A stretch of 56,427 nucleotides of DNA from Armatimonadota bacterium (GTDB lineage Bacteria; Armatimonadota; UBA5829; DTLH01). The position numbers were made by a program, and so were the translations under genes. The DNA is taken from positions 1-56,427 of the forward strand of contig JACPPP010000133.1 of NCBI GenBank assembly GCA_016190935.1, given 5' to 3'. The notes below the pieces were generated by a model. It saw nothing but the letters and a program-made list of their open reading frames with translations, was not told the origin of the DNA and did not search any database. Shown here piece by piece: positions 18,953-25,642 of this stretch (position 1 is its first letter; each line of letters starts with the position of its first letter).

Positions 18953-18981
18953 ACTCTATCACAAGCCAGAGTGCTTGTCAA
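18953..18981 (-). promoter_or_regulatory. sigma70-type promoter of the 14-gene operon: TTGACA-17 nt-TAGAGT with TGn extended -10
   Basis: Minus strand reads ggtaTTGACAagcactctggcttgtgaTAGAGTgcttgta. The -35 is perfect and the spacer is exactly 17 nt. Confidence 0.6.
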
Positions 18982-19026
18982 TACCTTTCTGCGAGATTTT
19001 GAGTGTTTTAGTTGTGCGGTGGGTAG

Positions 19027-19056
19027 CAGACACTTATCGGCGGTTTGATGTATAAT
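19027..19056 (+). promoter_or_regulatory. Possible promoter of the LacI-family gene (CAGACA-18 nt-TATAAT)
   Basis: Perfect TATAAT at 19051-19056, about 87 nt upstream of the ATG. The -35 is weak. Confidence 0.3.
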
Positions 19057-19142
19057 ACTTGTGCAAGCGCAAAATTGATGATAATACCAGTATATGTTTA
19101 ACTGTGGCGCTATCCATTCCATTCTCAAATCAAAGGCCGAAC

Positions 19143-20162
19143 ATGGGAATTGTCACTCTTGATGATATTGCTGGCGCCCTGGGTATCTCACGGGCCCAAG
19201 CCTGCCGCGCACTGAGCGGCAAGGGCCGAGTCAGCCCAGAGACTAGAGCCAGAGCCGTGAAACTGGCCTCAAAGATGGGTTACCGTCCAAATCATAATGC
19301 AAGGAGTCTGATTCTCGGCAAGACTAACCTTGTAGGTGTCATAGGCGGTCCGGTAATCATATCTGCGTTCGAGTTGGTCGTCGATCCTATCGAACAGGCT
19401 CTTGGCGAGGCTGGCTATTCTATGCTCTTCTGTCGATCTACAGGAGAACCGGACAGTGAGCACATCTATATCGAGCAAATTATACCATTGCGTGTAGACG
19501 GCCTCATAGTCCATCCCGGTCCCTACTCGATGGACTGCACCCCCTATGAGCAGGCAATCGCAAACGGAATTAAGCTGGTAATATTCGGCGCGTACATCAA
19601 AGGTCTTGATGTACCGCAGATGGCTGTTGATGAGTATCGTCCCTCGAAACTGGCTACGGAGCACCTGCTTGCTTTGGGGCACCGACGAATCGTATATATG
19701 GCACTCCCTGAGACATCCCCAGCCGGAATTGACCGCATGCGGGGATTCCGTGACGCTATGAGCGCGGCAGGGGTCCCCTTGACGGAATCCTCCGCAGCGG
19801 AAACGGGCTTCGGCAGTAAGGCGGGAGCCGAGATGATGACTCGATTGCTCAAAAGCAAGAGCCGGCCGACAGCAGTCATAGCACGTCACGACACAGTTGC
19901 TCTCGGCGCGATGGAAGCGGTCCTCGCCGCTGGGCTATCAGTCCCCAAGGACATATCCATAGTAGGCCACGGAGACATCATACGCACTACTGCTCTCAAG
20001 GCGCCACTGACCTCCATCCGATACCCATGGACCGAAATGGCCGAGTTTGCGGTGAACACACTTCTAGACATGTTTGGCGACCGCCCGGTGGATATGGGCC
20101 TGAAGGTCTGGGACTGCGAACTCATCGTGAGGCAATCCACGGCCCCACCAAGACCCCATTAA
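19143..20162 (+). CDS. LacI/GalR-family transcriptional repressor, 339 aa
   Basis: N-terminal HTH VTLDDIAGALGISRAQACRALSGKGRVSPETRARAVKLASKMGYRPNHNARSL plus a periplasmic-binding-protein-like core. Start set at the ATG at 19143. Confidence 0.88.
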   Translation: MGIVTLDDIAGALGISRAQACRALSGKGRVSPETRARAVKLASKMGYRPNHNARSLILGKTNLVGVIGGPVIISAFELVVDPIEQALGEAGYSMLFCRSTGEPDSEHIYIEQIIPLRVDGLIVHPGPYSMDCTPYEQAIANGIKLVIFGAYIKGLDVPQMAVDEYRPSKLATEHLLALGHRRIVYMALPETSPAGIDRMRGFRDAMSAAGVPLTESSAAETGFGSKAGAEMMTRLLKSKSRPTAVIARHDTVALGAMEAVLAAGLSVPKDISIVGHGDIIRTTALKAPLTSIRYPWTEMAEFAVNTLLDMFGDRPVDMGLKVWDCELIVRQSTAPPRPH

Positions 20163-20256
20163 CACATTTCCAAGCCAGTGCACAAATGCGCACGCATAAA
20201 CCCTATGGCTGGACTCGCAGAGAGGGGCACAACGTCCAGCACTTATTCAGGTTCGC

Positions 20257-21021
20257 TCAATATATCGTTGCTCCCCCGTCTACAACCAATGTGTGACCAT
20301 TGATGAACCCACTTGCGTCGGAAGCCAGGAACAACGCGGCGGCGGCGATTTCCTCTGGAGTGCCAACCCTGCCCATCGGTATCGACTCCAGTATTTGCCT
20401 GCTGTAGTCAGGATTGGACATGATCTTCGCCAGAGCGGGAGTGTTGACCTGTCCAGGCGCAATCACATTCACACGAATTCCGTACTTTGCCCATTCCACC
20501 GCTAGTGTCTTAGTGAAGCCGATAATTCCGGCCTTCGCCGCGGCATGGTGAGCCGTGCCTCTGGGCAGACCGATAAGCGCCGCGATAGACGCAATGCTTA
20601 TGATGCATCCTGACCGCTGCTCCATCATTATCTTTCCGATCTCTCGCGAACACAGAAAGCTGCCGCGTAAACTGACGGCTACGCACCTGTCCCACTGCTC
20701 ATCCGTCATCTTCTCAACGTGGACAAGCTCAGCCGAAGCTGCGTTGTTGAGCAGGATATCCACCCGCCCGAAAGTTTCTTTCGCTTTCCCGCACATTTCC
20801 GCCACCATACGGGTGTCGGTTACGTCGCACTGCATATACAAAGCCCTCTGTCCGATAGACTCAATCCGTGAGATCAACTCAGGGCACTTTTCGTCGATAA
20901 TGTCAAGCGCCAGGATGTCGGCGCCATGTTGCGCCATCATCAGGCCGGTGCTGGCTCCTATGGGACTCAACCCACCGGTGATCACAGCCACTTTTCCATT
21001 AAGACCTAAAATATCGTTCAT
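20257..21021 (-). CDS. Short-chain dehydrogenase/reductase (FabG-like SDR)
   Basis: VAVITGGLSPIG cofactor motif, NNAA, and the catalytic S...AAHHAAAKAG region (the usual YxxxK Tyr position reads A-H-H, which is atypical). ATGA overlap with the lipoyl-domain gene. Confidence 0.8.
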   Translation of the reverse strand: MNDILGLNGKVAVITGGLSPIGASTGLMMAQHGADILALDIIDEKCPELISRIESIGQRALYMQCDVTDTRMVAEMCGKAKETFGRVDILLNNAASAELVHVEKMTDEQWDRCVAVSLRGSFLCSREIGKIMMEQRSGCIISIASIAALIGLPRGTAHHAAAKAGIIGFTKTLAVEWAKYGIRVNVIAPGQVNTPALAKIMSNPDYSRQILESIPMGRVGTPEEIAAAALFLASDASGFINGHTLVVDGGATIY

Positions 21022-21275
21022 TCCGACCCATCCTTTTCTATCCGACCGAGCACTGCGCCTATCGCGGCCTCTTGATCAACTTGAACCAAAACATCAGCAA
21101 GGATACCCGAAGCGGGAGACTCAACCTCTAAATTCGCTTTATCGGAGAGAATCTCCACGACAGGCTCTCCGCGGCTCACTGTATCGCCCACACACTTGAG
21201 CCACTTAGTAACGGTTACATCTTCAACAGTAAGTCCCTGCTGAGGAACAACAATCTCCACATACTCGCTTGGCAT
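21018..21275 (-). CDS. Stand-alone lipoyl (biotinyl/lipoyl-attachment) domain protein, 85 aa
   Basis: VTKWLKCVGDTVSRGEPVVEILSDKANLEVESPASGIL contains the lipoyl-lysine context (x-D-K-A). There is no linker, subunit-binding domain or acyltransferase catalytic domain. GGGAG RBS. Confidence 0.8.
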   Translation of the reverse strand: MPSEYVEIVVPQQGLTVEDVTVTKWLKCVGDTVSRGEPVVEILSDKANLEVESPASGILADVLVQVDQEAAIGAVLGRIEKDGSE

Positions 21276-21353
21276 ATTCGTCTACTCCCAAATATAATGA
21301 TCTAATAAATCCGAAATTCGCTGTCAAGCATCTGCTACTCGAGAGAATGCTTC

Positions 21354-22358
21354 CTAAACCAACGCTCGTACATCGGCGGACCGTTGCGCTTCCATCAATC
21401 TACGAACCGAGGTCAATATTCTTTCCTCGCTTGGTATCATAGCTGCCTCAAGCCCCGGAGCATAAGGATTCGGTGTGTCAAGAGATGCCACCCTGATGAT
21501 GGGAGCCCGCAGATAGTCGAACGCGTGCTGGCACACCAGCGCAGCGATCTCCGCTCCAGCTCCGCAGGTCAGATGGGCTTCTTCAACAATCGTCAAGCGG
21601 CCTGTTTTGGCAACAGATCTCAAAATCGTATCTATGTCCAGCGGATATAGGGTTCTTGGATCGATAAGCTCGACGTCGACATCCATCTCCGGACCCTCCG
21701 CTACGTTGAGCGCCTTTCCAACCATACTGCTTATCGCGACTAAAGTGACATCACTGCCCTCGCGGACCACTTTGGCTTCGCCAATGGGAGTGATGTACTC
21801 GCTATCCGGCACTTCATCCTTCTTGGGATACAGGAATTTGTGTTCAAAGAAGATGACGGGATTCGGATCGCGGATAGACGCCTTAATCAGCCCTTTGGCG
21901 TCGGCTGGATTGCTCGGGGCCACAACCTTGAACCCCGGACAGTGCATGAATAGGGAATACGGGCAAGCTGAATGGTGCGCGCCTGAGGTTCTTCCCCCCA
22001 TCTGTGCCCTGACTACCATCGGCACCTGTACGCCGCCGTTAGAAACGTGATGCAGTTTTCCCGCCTGATGACAAAGAGTCCCCATTGCCTCATAAAGCAT
22101 GTCGGCGAACATGAGATCGACAATCGGCTTCAGCCCGGATGCCGCGGCTCCAATTGCCATACCGGTGAAGCCGTTCTCGCATATGGGAACGTCAATGACT
22201 CTGCTCGAACCGAACTCCTGCCATAGGTTCTTAGTGTGTGCGTAGCTTCCTCCCCGCTCTCCGATCCCCTCGCCCAGTGTAATCACCGTAGGATCCAAAC
22301 GCATCTCTTCCGCGATGCCGTCACGGATGGCATTCATATAGGATATCCTGGTAGACAT
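21354..22358 (-). CDS. 2-oxoacid/acetoin dehydrogenase E1 component, beta subunit
   Basis: Transketolase-like Pyr and C-terminal domains (VIDVPICENGFTGMAIGAAASGLKPIV). Its start abuts the E1-alpha stop. Confidence 0.85.
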   Translation of the reverse strand: MSTRISYMNAIRDGIAEEMRLDPTVITLGEGIGERGGSYAHTKNLWQEFGSSRVIDVPICENGFTGMAIGAAASGLKPIVDLMFADMLYEAMGTLCHQAGKLHHVSNGGVQVPMVVRAQMGGRTSGAHHSACPYSLFMHCPGFKVVAPSNPADAKGLIKASIRDPNPVIFFEHKFLYPKKDEVPDSEYITPIGEAKVVREGSDVTLVAISSMVGKALNVAEGPEMDVDVELIDPRTLYPLDIDTILRSVAKTGRLTIVEEAHLTCGAGAEIAALVCQHAFDYLRAPIIRVASLDTPNPYAPGLEAAMIPSEERILTSVRRLMEAQRSADVRALV

Positions 22359-23354
22359 TTAACTAGCCTCCGCAAAGATGTGATCTCCGACAGTCTCAGT
22401 ATCCGGATGTGGGCTCTGCCTGGAGAACTCCACAGCTCGGTCGATTTCCTCACCAATCTTCGCCTCGATTCCATTTAGCGTGTCTTCGTCGATCTCAAAC
22501 TCACTAATAAGCTTCAGCCTATACGTGGATATCGGGCAGCGTTTCTTCCACTTCTCGATCTCTTCGAGCGTTCTATACGTGCCGGCGATCTGGTCGCCTT
22601 CATAGTGTCCACAGGTGCGATATGTCTTCGCCTCAATGAGAGTCGGACCTTCGCCCGCTCTAGCCCTATAGATCGCATTACCCGCAACTTCGTACACTGC
22701 CAGGACGTCGTTGCCATCCACGACTACGCCGGGCATTCGAAAAGCATCGGACCTGCTGGCAATATCCGGATTGCTGGCTACATCCACGAGTCGTGTCGCG
22801 GTGGCATACAGATTGTTCTCACACACAAAAACGACCGGCAACTTATACACAGCCGCCAGGTTCAACGACTCGTAGCACAAACCGTGATTGCTTGCGCCAT
22901 CGCCATAGAATGCTACCGAGACATTCGGCTTGCCTAACGTTTTCATGCTGAGTGCGGAACCGACGGCCAACGGTATGCCGCCTCCCACAACACCATTCGT
23001 TCCAAGAAGACCGTGCTGCATAGCATAGACGTGCATGCTTCCGCCCCGTCCGCCACTGTAGCCATCACTTCGACCGTATAGCTCAGCCATTGTGCGTTCC
23101 GTACTGCAGCCCTTCGCCAAAGCGTGCCCGTGGCCACGATGCGTGCTTGTGATAATGTCCTCATCCGTCAGGTGCGCACAAACACCGGCTGCGACCGCCT
23201 CCTCGCCCAAATACAGATGAACAAATCCTGGCAACTCTCCAGCACGGTAGACAAGCGCAACACGCTCCTCAAATCTCCTGACGCGAACCATCATCTCGTA
23301 AAGCGCAAGTAGTTGTGTAGTCGTCATTTGCTGTTTAGATGGAATTTCTTGCAT
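22359..23354 (-). CDS. 2-oxoacid/acetoin dehydrogenase E1 component, alpha subunit (ThDP-binding)
   Basis: ThDP motif region (AFYGDGASNHGLCYESLNLAAVYKLPVVFVCENN). Start set at the ATG at 23354; the ORF track uses the TTG one codon upstream. Confidence 0.85.
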   Translation of the reverse strand: MQEIPSKQQMTTTQLLALYEMMVRVRRFEERVALVYRAGELPGFVHLYLGEEAVAAGVCAHLTDEDIITSTHRGHGHALAKGCSTERTMAELYGRSDGYSGGRGGSMHVYAMQHGLLGTNGVVGGGIPLAVGSALSMKTLGKPNVSVAFYGDGASNHGLCYESLNLAAVYKLPVVFVCENNLYATATRLVDVASNPDIASRSDAFRMPGVVVDGNDVLAVYEVAGNAIYRARAGEGPTLIEAKTYRTCGHYEGDQIAGTYRTLEEIEKWKKRCPISTYRLKLISEFEIDEDTLNGIEAKIGEEIDRAVEFSRQSPHPDTETVGDHIFAEAS

Positions 23355-23424
23355 CAACTATGATCCCTTTCTGATATGCAAACTGAGTCTCTACGCACAG
23401 GTGTTCCGCCCTCAACGTCGCAGA

Positions 23425-23443
23425 GGCACAATCGATTGAGCAT
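23425..23443 (-). promoter_or_regulatory. Candidate LacI-family operator O2, identical to O1
   Basis: ggcacaatcgattgagcat is identical over 19 nt to 18927-18945. It lies 8 nt downstream of the -10 hexamer of the E1 operon promoter. Confidence 0.65.
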
Positions 23444-23451
23444 CCTTCTGC

Positions 23452-23480
23452 AATTTACCACATATACGGATGCCTGTCAA
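23452..23480 (-). promoter_or_regulatory. sigma70-type promoter of the E1/lipoyl/SDR operon: TTGACA-17 nt-TAAATT with TGn extended -10
   Basis: Minus strand reads gggTTGACAggcatccgtatatgtggTAAATTgcagaagg. Confidence 0.6.
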
Positions 23481-23496
23481 CCCTTTCTCTTTTCAA
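23480..23496. repeat. 17-bp direct repeat (target-site duplication, left copy): accctttctcttttcaa
   Basis: Identical 17-mer at 25376-25392. The two copies bracket the IS exactly. Confidence 0.8.
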
Positions 23497-23679
23497 TGTG
23501 GTAGCATAGCGATTATGTCCCCTATTAATAGCAGAGCGAAAGTGTACCCACTGGGTCGCACCTGTTCACTTTGAGTGAACGTCCCCGGGCCGCCGATTTT
23601 TTGTTGATTCGGCGGGCGGCTGGGGCTAAATAGAGGGGGCATATTGTGCAGCAGCCAATTGCAAAGCGATAATGTCCCC

Positions 23680-24900
23680 ATGCAAATGGAGGGCATCAAG
23701 ATAGCACACAAGGACATTGAGAGGTTGCACATACTGAAGATGGTGCTGGAGTGTAAGATGACGCTGGTGGAGGCGGCGGTCGTTCTACAGGTTAGCTACC
23801 GGCACGCCGAGCGGCTGAAGAAGGCCGCAGCAGAGGGAATCAAAGGTATAGTGCATGGCAACCGGGGAAGAGTGCCGACCAACAAGACACAGGAGGCGCT
23901 ACGGGCCAGAGTGGTTGCACTGGCGGAAGGTAAATATAGCAACTTCAACGACACACTTTGCGCAGATGCTTATCGAGCGGGAGGGGATAAAGCTGTCGCG
24001 GGAGACGGTGCGCAGGATACGCAGGCAAGAGGGGATCAAGCCCAAGCGGAAGCGGAGGGTAAGAAAGCATCATGCGAGGCGGCCGAGGAAGCCGGCTGAG
24101 GGTATGATGATGCTCTTTCGATGGCAGTCCTCACCGCTGGTTTGGCCATGAACGTGCCCCCTGTTGCTTAATGGCAGCGATTGACGACGCGACAGGTCGT
24201 GCGCTTGCTCTGCGGTTTGTGGATGCTGAGTCTAGCTGCGCGTATCTTGATCTGCTTACGGGAGTGGTAAGAGGCTATGGGATTCCAGCAAGCGTGTATC
24301 AGAACAGGCACTCGGCGCTAAAGAGGAACGACAGCTACTGGAGTATTGAAGAACAACTTGCGGGCCGCCAGGACTCAACGCAGGTAGGGACGGCGCTTGA
24401 GGCGCTTGGGATCCAGGCGATATTCGCCCTTAGCCCACAAGCAAAGGGAAGGGTGGAGAAGCTCTTTGAGACGCTTCAAGACCGGCTGGTGCCGATGCTT
24501 GAACTTAAGGGGATAAAGGATATTATCTCTTGGTTATGAAGCAACAGTGGCAAACGACAATGCAGTGAGGCTGGGAGGGATAGTGATAGACATACCAGCG
24601 GGTCCGGGAGGACGCAGTTATGCGGGGGTTAGAGCAGATGTGCGGCAGATGCTGGATGGTAGTTGGAGGGTCTACTACCAGGACAGGCTAATTGCGACTG
24701 CTCCCAGGACACCGGTTGCCGAACCGATCCGCACCAGGAGAAGAAGAAAGGGACTAAGGGCAGCCTCAGAGGATCAGTGGGTGTATATGGCCTCTGCAGA
24801 GCCGACGCAGTGCCGGGCAGACTCCGCTGCTGCCACAGCGGGAACCACAGTGCGTCGAGCCGGTCCAGGCCGGTCAATTGGAGCCACACGAATAGCATGA
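23680..24900 (+). pseudogene. ISNCY-family (rve/integrase-core) transposase, at least 3 frameshifts plus an internal deletion
   Basis: Homology runs through three frames. Frame 1: HTH part ..LKMVLECKMTLVEAAVVLQVSYRHAERLKK..GIVHGNRGRVPTNK... Frame 2: ..IEREGIKLSRETVRRIRRQEGIKPKRKRR... Frame 0: DGSPHRWFGHERAPCCLMAAIDDATGRALALRFVDAESS...SPQAKGRVEKLFETLQDRLV. A C-terminal piece follows (NDNAVRLGGIVIDIP...DGSWRVYYQDRLI). Confidence 0.7.
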
Positions 24901-25026
24901 AAGGAGACACCTGTGCCGACACCACGAAAGTATGAAAGCAATGCCCACAGGCAAAAGGCTTATCGAGAAAGACGTGCCGCGCAAGTGCAAGCACAACTGG
25001 CATCTTAAGGAATCCCACCTCGGCCG

Positions 25027-25233
25027 GTGATCCCGTCTATACCGGGACATCGCAGATGGAAAGCTATGATAAACCAGGCACGCTTTCTTCTGCAGAATGT
25101 CGTGGACGAGATGCGAGCCTATCAAGAGGAAAGGTCTGATGAGTGGCAGGACTCTGAACAGTCAGTTGAGTTTACTGCAACTATGGAATCCATAGAGAAC
25201 GCAACCGATGCTTTGGCAGATATCCCATACTGA
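25027..25233 (+). CDS. Small hypothetical ORF inside the right end of the IS (passenger or remnant)
   Basis: 68 codons followed by a perfect 12-bp-stem hairpin (25278-25305). The same frame is open upstream (..PRKYESNAHRQKAYRERRAAQVQAQLAS) but is interrupted by a TAA, so it may itself be a pseudogene. Confidence 0.3.
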   Translation: MIPSIPGHRRWKAMINQARFLLQNVVDEMRAYQEERSDEWQDSEQSVEFTATMESIENATDALADIPY

Positions 25234-25375
25234 CTGGTCAATCGAGAGCCGCCCCGGATGGTTGTCCGGAATTAGCTGCCTGAAGCGTATCGTTACGCTT
25301 CAGGCCCAGGAATAACAATCCACAAGGGGACATTTTCCCTTCGCAGTTAAGGGGACATATTGCCTTTGCTTAAAC

Positions 25376-25392
25376 ACCCTTTCTCTTTTCAA
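25376..25392. repeat. 17-bp direct repeat (target-site duplication, right copy)
   Basis: Identical to 23480-23496. Confidence 0.8.
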
Positions 25393-25642
25393 ACGCTTTT
25401 TTCTAACAGTGAGGTGCTGACTCTGCAGTCCAAAAGGCGGCGATTTGCGCATACTACTGGAGGAGTGCCTTCGATAATCATACAGGCTTCATGCAGGCCA
25501 CATCTTTTGGAGCGGACTAACACAAGAGCAATGTAAGCCACGCAATCATGTTGTTAAGGAAGCAAGCTAGCCGACCCAGGGCGAACACTGCTACCTGGCA
25601 TGACTTGCCTGACTGAAACTGACATGCGTGACAATCGGACGG

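Larger units (their letters stand above)
23497..25375 (+). mobile_element. ISNCY-like insertion sequence (about 1.88 kb), transposase decayed
   Basis: Imperfect roughly 26-bp terminal inverted repeats sharing ATATGTCCCCT/AGGGGACATAT (left 23498-23523, right 25350-25375). Extra subterminal GGGGACAT copies at 25327-25334 and, inverted, at 23672-23679. Flanked by a 17-bp direct repeat. Confidence 0.75.

Noticed and set aside
21299-21327. Possible internal promoter between E1 beta and the lipoyl-domain gene (TTGACA at 21322-21327, 17-nt spacer, TAGATC).
   Set aside because: The -35 is perfect, but the -10 matches only 3/6 and lacks the conserved final T. The 78-nt gap is also compatible with simple read-through. 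Kept only as a weak possibility.
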